Notes: a model not told the origin generated them from the sequence alone. A stretch of DNA of 32,000 nt from Opitutales bacterium (GCA_965219535.1 CBDCNV010000002.1:210001-242000), one strand, 5' to 3'; numbered from the stretch's first letter, positions 18,259 to 27,210 are shown. Numbers and translations are program-made.

Positions 18259-18333
18259 GCACCCATAGTTCAATGGATAGAACATTGGTCTCCGGAATCA
18301 AAGATCTGGGTTCGAGTCCCGGTGGGTGCACCA
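18259..18333 (+). tRNA. tRNA-Arg (anticodon CCG), CCA encoded
   Basis: Folded by hand. The acceptor GCACCCA/TGGGTGC is a perfect 7 bp. D stem GTTC/GAAC. Anticodon stem TTGGT/ATCAA with loop CTCCGGA (U33, CCG). T arm CTGGG-TTCGAGT-CCCGG. Discriminator A followed by CCA. Confidence 0.93.
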
Positions 18334-18390
18334 TTATTTATCGACATTTTGCCATAATTTGCTAATACTAATTAGCACTTTTTAATTTAG

Positions 18391-19608
18391 ATGACAAAGC
18401 AAAGATTTAAGATCACCGGGTTTATCAACCCGAGTGGGTCAGAAGCCTGGCGTTTATCCGGCACCCTAAGCGGTAAGCAAATTCGGAAAAATTTCAAGTC
18501 TCGCAACGATGCTGTTGCCGAGCGTCAAAAGTTATCGATCCGTTATTTAAACGACCAATCAGAAGGGCAGACCGTTTGGACAACCCTGACTCACGGGCAG
18601 AACAAAGAGGCCATTTCAGCTATTAATCTTCTTAAGCAAGCCAAGTCCAATAAACCTCTTACCTTCGCTGTTAACTATTTTTTAGCGCATTACAAAGAAG
18701 CCGCCGAGACGATGTTAATCGAAGTGGCCGTCCGGGAATATTGTGATCATAAATCCAAGGAAATGGAGCGTGGTATCATCTCATTTAGCCAAGAGCAGGG
18801 CATCACTTTCGAGATGAAAAAATTAAGGCGCTATTTCGCGGGACGGATAGTTAATGAAATTCAACCTTTTGAGTTGAATACTTACCTCGACACACGACAC
18901 CATCGCTCAAAAGCAGTGCTTTCCCTTAAAACCTGGAATAACCGCCGTGGATACTTAAGTACTTTTTTTAAGTACTGTGTGACGAAAAAATATGCAGGAG
19001 AAAACCCGATTCTGGAAGTTCCAAAATATAAAATTAAACAGCGCAGGGGTAGCGCAGAGATTCTCTCTGCTAATGAAGCAACCGAACTGATGGGATGGCT
19101 CGAAACTTATCGTGGAAAGCAGAACAGGGACGGATCCTGGTGGGGTGAACTAGGGTGCGTGGTGCCCTACTATGCATTAGCCCTGTTTGCAGGAATTAGA
19201 CCTGACTGGGAACACGGTGAAATGAGCAAACTCAAACCCAAACACATCCGTATGGATAACGGGGTTATCCTTATCGAACCGGATGTCTCAAAAGTTAATG
19301 ATAAACGTGCTATTAAAATCCAACCCAATCTTAGTCGCTGGCTGAAGAAGTATCCTCCTGTCCGTTACCCCATAATTCCAACAAGGAGGTTCAGAGACAT
19401 GTGGGTTCATGTCCGTAAAGAGCGCAAACTTTCTCATAATGTCCTGCGCCACACCTATATATCGATGACGGTGGGGTCCTTCCGCTCGGTGGGAGACGCC
19501 GCGCTTCAAGCGGGTAACTCTGAATCTGTGATCCGCAAGTACTATCTCGACCTGGTAACTACGGAGGAAGCGAACTGCTTCTGGCAGATAGTCCCACGGA
19601 GGAATTAA
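18391..19608 (+). CDS. Tyrosine-type site-specific recombinase (phage-type integrase)
   Basis: 405 aa. The C-terminal catalytic region has ...HNVLRHTYISM... (His-x-x-Arg) and ...SESVIRKYY (Tyr nucleophile). It starts 58 bp downstream of tRNA-Arg. Confidence 0.9.
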   Translation: MTKQRFKITGFINPSGSEAWRLSGTLSGKQIRKNFKSRNDAVAERQKLSIRYLNDQSEGQTVWTTLTHGQNKEAISAINLLKQAKSNKPLTFAVNYFLAHYKEAAETMLIEVAVREYCDHKSKEMERGIISFSQEQGITFEMKKLRRYFAGRIVNEIQPFELNTYLDTRHHRSKAVLSLKTWNNRRGYLSTFFKYCVTKKYAGENPILEVPKYKIKQRRGSAEILSANEATELMGWLETYRGKQNRDGSWWGELGCVVPYYALALFAGIRPDWEHGEMSKLKPKHIRMDNGVILIEPDVSKVNDKRAIKIQPNLSRWLKKYPPVRYPIIPTRRFRDMWVHVRKERKLSHNVLRHTYISMTVGSFRSVGDAALQAGNSESVIRKYYLDLVTTEEANCFWQIVPRRN

Positions 19609-19640
19609 TCAGTTAGATAAACTTAATAAAATAGAGGAAC

Positions 19641-20162
19641 TGTGCTCTGTCCGCGTTATACTGGTCCCCAAAAGAATTAGTCTAGCATGGGTGGAAAACC
19701 TAACCCTAATAGAGAACAAATAATTTTCGCCCTATGTCAGGTTAAAGACCGTAGAAGGCACGGTAGTCGATGGACTTTATAAGCGGGCGGGTGACCAATG
19801 GTCCCCCTTACGTGTTCTCATCGTTGCCGATCAAAGTATACCCAAGTTACCCATAGCTTATACTTTGGGCATCGAGCTGGATTTTATCCGCTAGGTAAAG
19901 CTGTAGAAAATGGCTATATCGAGAGTTTCAATGGACGCCTGCGCGATGAGCTTCTTGACACGGAAATATTTTCTACGCTGGCTGAAGCAAAATAAAAACT
20001 TGAAGCTTGGCGGCTTGATTATAATTCTCAAAGACTGCACAGCTCTCTCGGCAATCGATTTCAGGCCGAATACACCCAGAGAGCCGTGTCTAAGCAAATG
20101 AAACCCATTACCGCCTTGCCTGAACTAACACTGGCTCTGGTACAGTAAATGGGAGCAGGTCA
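19641..20162 (+). mobile_element. Internally deleted IS3-family relic (non-autonomous, about 0.5 kb)
   Basis: The left end, TGGTCCCCAAAAGAATTAGTCTAG (from 19662), resembles the inner terminal repeat of the IS at 4714. It reads MDFISGRVTNG..., then a gap, then ...GKAVENGYIESFNGRLRDELLDTEIFSTLAEAK*KLEAWRLDYNSQRLHSSLG with an in-frame TAA at 19993-19995. The right end, CCTGAACTAACACTGGCTCTGGTACAGTAAATGGGAGCAGGTCA, parallels the right end of the intact IS. The outer left boundary (19641 or 19662) is uncertain. Confidence 0.6.
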
Positions 20163-21144
20163 CACTGCTGCACTTGATGAGCAATGAACTCACTGCCGTT
20201 GTCACTACGGATATAGCTGGGAGGTCCCTCCTCTTCAATGGCCTCGCTAAGCACAGAGAGGACATCGGTTGAGGTGAGTTGACGAGCGACCCGGATATCC
20301 AGGCATTTACGCGTATATGTCTTCGCTTCGCTTGAGTGTCGTCGCTTTCAGCTCCTCGGTACATCGATTAGAGTCATCATCTTTAATGGACCGCCGTTGT
20401 CTGTACGATCATGGACAAAGTCCCAGGACCAAACGTGATTGCGACCCTTTGCTTTAGTAGGTGACCCCGTAGAGACTCCTTGACGGTGTCTGCCCTTTTT
20501 CGGGGGCTTTACCTGCAGCCCTTCTGAACGTCGTACCGCCTGGACAAACTTCCTGCTTGTTGTCCAGCCTTCCTTTACCAGCAAGGCACGGATGCGCCGG
20601 TAACCGTAGCGGGGATGTTTCCAGGACAAGCTCACAATCCGCTCGACCAACCGCTGAGCTTTCTCACTGGCCTGTTTGGGCCGGTAACTGAACGTTGACC
20701 AACTCAGGCTGAGATAAGCACAAGCCCTCCGCAACGAGCACAACCCTTTCTCAGCCGCAGCTTTTACTACTCGTTTCTTCTGCTTTGGGCTCACCATTTT
20801 TTTGACAGCGTTTCCTCCATTACCTGATTCTTGAGCATTTGATCTGCGAGCAGCTTCTTCAGCTCGGTATGTCAGGCCTTCTCGCTTGCGCTCGTGAATT
20901 CTTTTTCCAGCTCTTTAAATCGCTTCGCATCGGCAAGTTCTAAATTGCCATATTTTTTACGCCAGCGATAGAAAGTCTGTTCGCTCAGGTTGTTTCCACG
21001 GCAGATTTCCTGTACCGTTTTACCGGTATCGGCTTGCCGCAATATTGTTATAATCTGTTCTGTTGTGTATCTTTTTCTTTTCATTGAGGTTATCTGTTTA
21101 TCCCGATAACCTCTCTCTGTAAATGATACGATTTTTGGGGGTCA
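20163..21144 (-). mobile_element. 3'-truncated IS3-family relic with a disabled transposase
   Basis: The terminal repeat (minus sense) is TGACCCCCAAAAATCGTATC, ending at 21144. OrfA (MKRKRYTTEQIITILRQADTGKTVQEICRGNNLSEQTFYRW...) has an in-frame TGA at 20872-20874 before its zipper (ELKKLLADQMLKNQVMEETLSKKW*). The A7 slippery run is at 20797-20803. OrfB is in the -1 frame with an in-frame TGA at 20348-20350, and then continues ...YTRKCLDIRVARQ...IRSDNGSEFIAHQVQQ. It breaks off exactly where the neighbouring relic ends. Confidence 0.72.
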
Positions 21145-21194
21145 CTCCACTATTGACTCAACTTTAATATTTGTGATTCGATTATTTTTTCCCG

Positions 21195-21887
21195 ATGAAA
21201 AGATCAAAACGCAAGTCAAAGGATCAATTACCTGAAGAAGATAAATCTGCAGCTGTGGGTGGTGTCTTTGAAGGAGCTGATTTTGAGCAGAGGGTAATTC
21301 TGGTGTGGGAAAATTACCGACAGGTCATACTTACGGTGATTGGTGTTATCATTTTATCACTGCTTGTATACCAAACGATGCTTTACCTCGCTGAGAGAAA
21401 AGCGCTCGCGGTTGAAACCGCTTTTCAAGAAGCTGAAAGCGATGACGCCTTAATTAACTTCGCTCGTGAACATCCCCATCATAAGCTTGCAGGTTTTGCT
21501 TATCTTCAAGTCGCCAATAAAAAATATGAAGAAGATGAATTTTTACAAGCATCTGAATATTACACCAACGCGGTAAGCGAATTAGAAAACACATCCATGC
21601 AGGGACGCGCGCGCCTCGGTTTTGCCATGTCCCATCTCCTGGCAGGAAATATCGATGAAGGCGTTGAGGCACTCGACAAGATAGCCAGTGATCCGTCACT
21701 TCTCGACACTTATCGAGCGGAAGCTGCCTATCAGCTTGCCGTGAACTTTTGGGGGAAAAGTGATTATGTATCACTTGATCGTGAACTCAGGCGTATCGAG
21801 TCGTTAAAGAAGTCCGGCATGTGGGTCAGCAAAGCATCAGTGATGCGAAACAGCATACCCGAACTTCGCGAATTGGCGGATAATTAG
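21195..21887 (+). CDS. Membrane-anchored TPR-like protein (YfgM-like)
   Basis: Basic N-terminus, one TM helix (VILTVIGVIILSLLVYQTMLYL), then helical repeat-like sequence (FAYLQVANKKYEEDEFLQASEYYTNAV...). Confidence 0.55.
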   Translation: MKRSKRKSKDQLPEEDKSAAVGGVFEGADFEQRVILVWENYRQVILTVIGVIILSLLVYQTMLYLAERKALAVETAFQEAESDDALINFAREHPHHKLAGFAYLQVANKKYEEDEFLQASEYYTNAVSELENTSMQGRARLGFAMSHLLAGNIDEGVEALDKIASDPSLLDTYRAEAAYQLAVNFWGKSDYVSLDRELRRIESLKKSGMWVSKASVMRNSIPELRELADN

Positions 21888-22038
21888 AGGACGGTGCGAA
21901 AAAAGTGATCTACGTTGATATTCCACAGGTGCGTAACCATTTAATTAGTCTGCTTACTTTAAATTTTATTTTAAGAAACGGATCCGTATTGGAAAAACTT
22001 CAGTGGTAGCTAGAAATCGTAAGTACAATGAATATTCG

Positions 22039-22070
22039 CCTGGATTGCTTCGCTTCGCTCGCAATGACAA
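22039..22070 (+). repeat. Dispersed hairpin repeat, copy R2
   Basis: CCTGGATTGCTTCGCTTCGCTCGCAATGACAA. It forms an inverted pair with 22123-22186: GCAATGACAA/TTGTCATTGC is a perfect 10-bp inverted repeat around a 52-nt AT-rich spacer. Confidence 0.75.
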
Positions 22071-22122
22071 AATGATGAACCGCTAGAGTGTTTTATATAA
22101 TTTATTACAGTTTATACTCTTC

Positions 22123-22186
22123 TTGTCATTGCGAGGAAGGCTATCTGCCGACCGCGGCAATCTAGGGGAATTACTGTTGCGTAATC
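22123..22186 (-). repeat. Dispersed hairpin repeat, copy R2' (inverted orientation)
   Basis: The reverse complement reads GATTACGCAACAGTAATTCCCCTAGATTGCCGCGGTCGGCAGATAGCCTTCCTCGCAATGACAA. This is collinear with R1 at 1917-1978. Confidence 0.75.
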
Positions 22187-22460
22187 ATATCCCCCCTAAT
22201 TGCTGAACTGTAATTAGTAGAACGATTGCTATTCCACCTCTCTATCTTTGAATAAAGGTAAAAAATTTAAATAATACGACAATGATGGAACGCAGTGCTT
22301 TTCAGGACGTAGCTTTAGTGAAGACTGATCCCTAGCACGTTAAATGTTCTACTATTGAATAAAAAGAAGTGTGCTGAAGAACAACCATCGCTGTGTAATG
22401 ATAGGCTACGGCCGTCAGACAGCGCACTCCACCTTAGAGTAAATCTTCAGCTCTCATCTT

Positions 22461-23195
22461 CTATTTAAAATCACCGGCTAGGGTATCGATTAATTGACTG
22501 GCGGTTTGTGTCGTAGCCAGCATCTGGTTGCTGAGCCGGTTGCGAAGCACAAAGTAAGCGATCATTGCGGGTATACCAATAACCAGGCCGGTGGCGGTTG
22601 TAATGAGCGCTTCACCTATATCACCGGCAAGCAATTCGGGGCGGCCCATGCCACCCTGTGCGATCGTGGAAAAGGCCCCGATCATCCCGCTTACCGTTCC
22701 CAGTAATCCGATCATGGGCGCAACGGCAGCCACTACATTGAGATAATTAATCCACTGGCCGACATTATTTTCCTCACCCTCCAGTGCTTCGACAAGTGAA
22801 GATTCAATCTTTTCCTTGTTTGCATCCTGCATTTCGGGACGCGCTTTTGTCATGGCAATGATCATTGTCTTTGAAAGCACACTCGGTTCTTCTTCCAGCA
22901 TCTGGGTTGCTTTACTTATTTCTCGTGCCTCTAACTGAGAACGAACATTTTTTAATACTGTTTGAGGGATAAATTTTTTAGTCTGTGATTCTTTCCAACC
23001 ATAAAAAATGAAAAAGAGCATAGCGAGGGAACAGAATCCCAGGGGCCACATCGCCCAGCCACCCTCCTGGATCATTCCCCATAGGTTCTGACTTTCCAAT
23101 TCAGGAGCTGGACTATCACTCGTTTGTCCCGATAGGGAACTAGTCACGGTTAAGAAGAAAATCATGGTGAGCTGATAGTGTGGGTGGAATAACAT
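22461..23195 (-). CDS. exbB: MotA/TolQ/ExbB-family proton-channel protein
   Basis: Signature C-terminal region: VAAVAPMIGLLGTVSGMIGAFSTIAQGG...LAGDIGEALITTATGLVIGIPAMIAYFVLRNRL. There is an N-terminal signal-like extension. Confidence 0.88.
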   Translation of the reverse strand: MLFHPHYQLTMIFFLTVTSSLSGQTSDSPAPELESQNLWGMIQEGGWAMWPLGFCSLAMLFFIFYGWKESQTKKFIPQTVLKNVRSQLEAREISKATQMLEEEPSVLSKTMIIAMTKARPEMQDANKEKIESSLVEALEGEENNVGQWINYLNVVAAVAPMIGLLGTVSGMIGAFSTIAQGGMGRPELLAGDIGEALITTATGLVIGIPAMIAYFVLRNRLSNQMLATTQTASQLIDTLAGDFK

Positions 23196-23205
23196 CTTAT
23201 AAATG

Positions 23206-23427
23206 CTAAATCGGAATTCGAGGATCAGAATAAAGTACTAAAATTGTATTTTCTTCTCTTTCCAGGGGATATAACCCTTGGCTAATTAATTCTACAGCTT
23301 CGTCTGAGAAATGGTAAAATATCCCTAAGTATTTAAGGGAGGAAGACGAAGACGCGGACGAAGACGAAGAGTTTCCGGGCGATGAGCTCTCGGGATGCTT
23401 GCAGCTTAACCCTCTATCTGGACGCAT
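23206..23427 (-). CDS. Doubtful small ORF (73 aa) with a Ser-rich tract and a weak GspE-N/T2SSE_N-like C-terminal pattern
   Basis: The ATG overlaps the upstream gene's end by 14 nt. The Ser tract is encoded by a GAAGAC-type hexamer repeat at about 23341-23370. The C-terminal FSDEAVELISQGLYPLEREENTILVLYSDPRIP loosely resembles the T2SSE_N pattern (..PL....g.L.vA.sDP). It could instead be non-coding repeat sequence. Confidence 0.3.
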   Translation of the reverse strand: MRPDRGLSCKHPESSSPGNSSSSSASSSSSLKYLGIFYHFSDEAVELISQGLYPLEREENTILVLYSDPRIPI

Positions 23428-24280
23428 AAGGTTCGAGCAGATCGTGATCAGGCCAGTTCAACCCACGATCGTGCATTTCCTCTAGAAGCGTTGACGCTTC
23501 TTTTTCATTATTTAATTCGATGCAGGCAGCAATCGCGACGGCGTAACTCTCACTGAGAAATTCCATCGGTATTTGTCCGGAAAATACAATGGGTTTCATA
23601 CTGGTCCAGAGAGCCGATTCATATTGATCCTTAGAAAATTCAATCATAGCCAATAGCCACCAACCGAGTGCTGAAGAATAAAAAGGTTGAGCGTGATCAA
23701 CCCATGAAAGGGCGAGTAACTCGGTCTCGGCGTAATTACCCAGGTGAAAATGGCAGAGTATAAGCGCGTCTTTAATGAATTTCTGCACCTGGGGATCTTT
23801 GACAAGGGGGTCTAATCTTTGAGCAATGGCCAGGCATTTGGTATATTCATTTGATTGCAGGTAGGCGTTAACAAGATGGGTAAAGATCAATACATCCTTA
23901 TTTGAAAGTAATCCAAGAAATGCTGAGCGATTGTGATACAATAGGGTTAAAAGCGGGACAGCTTCACCCTGCCGATCATCATTTATCAGTTCGTAGGCAC
24001 GAACTTCGATATCGCGGCCGGGAAGAGATATTTCAGCTATATCATCCTTAAAAAGTGTGTAGGTCACTTCACCTGCGTCTACGTCATTTTTTAGAACAAT
24101 CTGAGTATCTGAAGCAGATTCAATAAGACCGTAGATGGTATGACCTGATTTATTGATTACTTTAACTGGGTGTTCAAATGAGCGGCTTAATGAATCTACC
24201 TCATTTGTTGCCGTGGTGTCGGCCGTAAGCATGCCCTGCAAAATTAAAAGCATAGGGGCGAGAATAGGGAACGGGATCAT
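23414..24280 (-). CDS. Hypothetical exported protein (helical-repeat-like C-terminal half)
   Basis: 288 aa with a signal-like N-terminus (MIPFPILAPMLLILQGMLTA). Its ATG overlaps the stop of the upstream TPR gene (ATGA at 24277-24280), indicating translational coupling. Confidence 0.65.
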   Translation of the reverse strand: MIPFPILAPMLLILQGMLTADTTATNEVDSLSRSFEHPVKVINKSGHTIYGLIESASDTQIVLKNDVDAGEVTYTLFKDDIAEISLPGRDIEVRAYELINDDRQGEAVPLLTLLYHNRSAFLGLLSNKDVLIFTHLVNAYLQSNEYTKCLAIAQRLDPLVKDPQVQKFIKDALILCHFHLGNYAETELLALSWVDHAQPFYSSALGWWLLAMIEFSKDQYESALWTSMKPIVFSGQIPMEFLSESYAVAIAACIELNNEKEASTLLEEMHDRGLNWPDHDLLEPYASR

Positions 24281-27183
24281 GGAAGTATCTCGTTTCCCTC
24301 GCGTAGATTTTTATCAGATGGCAGCAAAGCGGCCAACCGGTCATGTTCAAACTGGGCATGAGGTAATATTTCAAGTACATTTAGTTCAGCCCTATTCAGC
24401 ATTTCATCGAGGGTATTAAAGGCCGTGTGAAGATCACCCATCGCTTCAAAAATTTTAGCGCTTTGCATGTAGGCATCGGTGACAAGTTCTGGGTAAGCGC
24501 GATATAAAGTATAAATTCGCTGGTAATAAGCGACCGCTTTACTTCCATCGCCCAGAGCGAGTTGTGACAGTGCAAGACCCTGCAATGCTCTGGCGTGATA
24601 TCGACCACGCGTGTTTTTCAATCGTAGAAGGTCTTCGTAACAGGCGATCGCTTCATCAGCGCGACCCATTTTAATCAGTGTTTCACCGCGGATTAAAGTC
24701 GACTCGGTAGTTAAGGTATGACCTGGGAGCTCATCGGTGAGTTTATCGATAAAAGAAAGTGCCCTCGAGAAATCATTACTTTCTAAAGCGAGCCTGGCAA
24801 AGCCGTAGTAGGCAAGCGCGCGTTGGGGATGGGTCGGAAAAATTTCGAGCAACATTTCGAATCGCTCTGCTGCTGATAAATCACCCTGTTGCTCCATAAG
24901 CAAACCCGTTTTTCCCAGTCCTTCTGCGTCGAGACATTCGAGTGGGACATTATTAATAATCTCCATGAGAAGATTATGGGCTTCCTCCCTGCGGGTTTGT
25001 TTTTCCAATCGGTCGGCAAGGTAGAGATTAATCCGGGAAAAATAAGTTAATTTACCCGTGTCGAAAGCGATTTCACTTTCAGTGAGCAACCAGGTCTCAA
25101 AATTTATCGCGGTTATAAAGGGGTGATCTTTAAGCTGATTGACGTATCCGCGTTCACGGTACTGCTGATAAAGATCGTCCAACGCTTTTAGGATAAGCAT
25201 CACTTCGTTGGTCTCAGGAATATTTCCATAATCCTCCAGCTCATCGAAAAAAATATGAAATGATTTTTCTATATTGTTTTGTTGTGTATAAGCCCAGCCG
25301 ATCCAATAAAGGGCTTCACTTATTCTCTGCTTATTGAAGAGATCATCACGGTTCAGGTAATTTTCAAAGTGTTCAACCAGCCCGTTATAGTCTTCAAGGG
25401 CGCGATAAATTTTACCGACCTGAAAGACCGCATACAGAAACAGGTTTCCCGAGTCAGGGGTTAATTCAGTAAATGCTTCTTTAGAAGCTAAAAGATCCCC
25501 TTTCCCCATTAGAATATCTCCTTTTAAAACTTGTGCCTCATCATATCGCTGATGGCGGACATATTTATTCAGGAATCTATCAATTTCCGTGAGTGCCTGA
25601 GCGTAATTGCGCATCGCGTAAAGAATGCTCGCTCGACGGTAGCTGATTTCCGGATTGAGGGGATGGCGATTAACAGCAGTGGCTAAGTCATCAAATTCTT
25701 TCAGGGCTAAGGGGTATTTTTTTTCGAAAAACTGGCATTGAGCGTGCCAGAAACGAGCGTTAATAGTTAAGGCACCTGAAGGGTGCTCATTGAGGTAATG
25801 ATTAAAATCTTCACGGGCATTGGGGAAACGTTCATCGAGAAGGTGACAGAACCCACGGTTAAATTGCCAGCGAGAATAAAGTGAGTGTTTGGGATATTTC
25901 TTTATTAATGCGGTTAATATTTTGATCGCTTGTTTATAATCATTCAGGTTCCGGTAAGCTTCGGCGATGAGATAAAACGCTTGAGGAACTAAGAGAGAAT
26001 GCGGGTAGGAATCCGTGAAATGATGCGCTAGTTGCAATGCATTGTCCCAATATTCGAGAGCCCCCGCGGCAACTATTGAGCGGTAGAGAGCAGTGGCACG
26101 CGTTTCCTCGTTAAAGTCATCTTCAGCAGCTACGGATTCAAAAACAACCCAAGCTTCGCGGGGGCGATCTGCCAAAAGTAAAGCCTGACCGTAGCGTAGA
26201 TAAAAACCGGGGGTATAATCCTCCGCTTTCTTCAGGTGTTCAAGCTGAGATTCGATACGGGAAATTAACTGTCGATAGTAATCAGCCCATATGTGGTCAC
26301 TCGATTGTGCGATAAGTGGAGCTCTTTCCTCATAGATTGCACGTATTTCTCTTAATCGTTTCTCCTGGGCTTCAATAAGGATAGTCTTTGGTAGAGTCAG
26401 GCGATAGCAGCGTAACGCGCTTTTATGGTCGTCTGCGGCGAGCAGTAAATCACCCATATGAAGAGCGGAAAATGAAAGCACTGCCAGCTCAGGCATAGTT
26501 GAAATCGACCACTCCGTGTTGAATAGTATTAACTTCGCGGCTTCAACATCCTCGATTGTTAAACAGTGCTGGAGGGCGCGTAATCTCGCCTGGATGCGCA
26601 GTGTGTATGCCGCATCGGATGTATAAAATGTATTAAGTAACTGTATGCTCTCAACTTGATTTTCCAGTCTGAATAGAATTTCAGCGCGACGTAGAATGGC
26701 GAACGCAACCTCTGTTTTACCGGAATACATCTGCTCAAATTGGCGATATATAGCCATGGCGCCTTGCAGTTTATTCGCATTTTCATGTGCTCGACCAAGA
26801 GTAAAGAAGGTAAACCCCCATGTCCTATCAGGATGGGGAAATTTTTTAATAAAACCATTGAGTGTATCTATCGCGTCTTCAGGTCGTCCACTCATCAACT
26901 GCGTGTAACCGCGAACAGGTAAAATAACCCTTTGAAAATTGTCACCTGAGTATTCAGCATCCTCTCCGAAATCACGTTCCAACGCATTATATACTTCTGA
27001 CGCATAGACATAATCGCCTCGAGCGAGAGCCTGTGAGCTGATGGATAGAAGAGAGTGAAGTGTTTTATCTTCAAGCCCCGTAGATTCAGCTGTAAGTAAT
27101 AGATTACTTAGACATACAGCGAAGGCCATTAACCCCGCCCAGCGCCCAATGGACGCAGCAATCATTTCACTACTTATCCGCAT
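24277..27183 (-). CDS. Large tetratricopeptide-repeat (TPR) protein with an N-terminal signal/anchor
   Basis: 968 aa. TPR-like A/Y/L periodicity recurs throughout (for example GDYVYASEVYNALERDF, YKQAIKILTALIKKYP, GDGSKAVAYYQRIYTLY). The N-terminus MIAASIGRWAGLMAFAVCLSNLLLTA suggests the start may be the ATG at 27165. Confidence 0.85.
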   Translation of the reverse strand: MRISSEMIAASIGRWAGLMAFAVCLSNLLLTAESTGLEDKTLHSLLSISSQALARGDYVYASEVYNALERDFGEDAEYSGDNFQRVILPVRGYTQLMSGRPEDAIDTLNGFIKKFPHPDRTWGFTFFTLGRAHENANKLQGAMAIYRQFEQMYSGKTEVAFAILRRAEILFRLENQVESIQLLNTFYTSDAAYTLRIQARLRALQHCLTIEDVEAAKLILFNTEWSISTMPELAVLSFSALHMGDLLLAADDHKSALRCYRLTLPKTILIEAQEKRLREIRAIYEERAPLIAQSSDHIWADYYRQLISRIESQLEHLKKAEDYTPGFYLRYGQALLLADRPREAWVVFESVAAEDDFNEETRATALYRSIVAAGALEYWDNALQLAHHFTDSYPHSLLVPQAFYLIAEAYRNLNDYKQAIKILTALIKKYPKHSLYSRWQFNRGFCHLLDERFPNAREDFNHYLNEHPSGALTINARFWHAQCQFFEKKYPLALKEFDDLATAVNRHPLNPEISYRRASILYAMRNYAQALTEIDRFLNKYVRHQRYDEAQVLKGDILMGKGDLLASKEAFTELTPDSGNLFLYAVFQVGKIYRALEDYNGLVEHFENYLNRDDLFNKQRISEALYWIGWAYTQQNNIEKSFHIFFDELEDYGNIPETNEVMLILKALDDLYQQYRERGYVNQLKDHPFITAINFETWLLTESEIAFDTGKLTYFSRINLYLADRLEKQTRREEAHNLLMEIINNVPLECLDAEGLGKTGLLMEQQGDLSAAERFEMLLEIFPTHPQRALAYYGFARLALESNDFSRALSFIDKLTDELPGHTLTTESTLIRGETLIKMGRADEAIACYEDLLRLKNTRGRYHARALQGLALSQLALGDGSKAVAYYQRIYTLYRAYPELVTDAYMQSAKIFEAMGDLHTAFNTLDEMLNRAELNVLEILPHAQFEHDRLAALLPSDKNLREGNEILP

Positions 27184-27187
27184 CGTC

Positions 27188-27210
27188 GCCGTATACTAAT
27201 CTTATACGGC
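27188..27210. other. Perfect 8-bp stem hairpin abutting the annotated TPR start codon
   Basis: GCCGTATA-CTAATCT-TATACGGC. On the minus strand it ends 4 nt upstream of the ATG at 27183. Confidence 0.3.

Noticed and set aside
20348-20874. In-frame TGA codons in the IS relic (and those in the 29631-31266 gene) as selenocysteine or stop-codon reassignment
   Set aside because: Intact genes here terminate on TGA, for example thyA with its ATGA overlap onto folA. TAA stops occur in frame in the same decayed genes, and no SECIS-like hairpin follows the TGAs. Ordinary nonsense mutations are the simpler explanation.
21941-21960. The TTAATTAGTCTGC motif as another IS terminal-repeat remnant
   Set aside because: Only about 9-10 nt (AATTAGTCT) match the IS inner repeat, and there is no adjoining transposase-like sequence. 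This is compatible with chance.
21888-22460. Remnants of exbD or tonB downstream of exbB
   Set aside because: Hand translation of the minus-strand frames gave only short stop-rich peptides. There was no ExbD-like TM helix plus periplasmic domain pattern and no Pro-rich TonB-like tract. The region contains the R2/R2' repeats instead.
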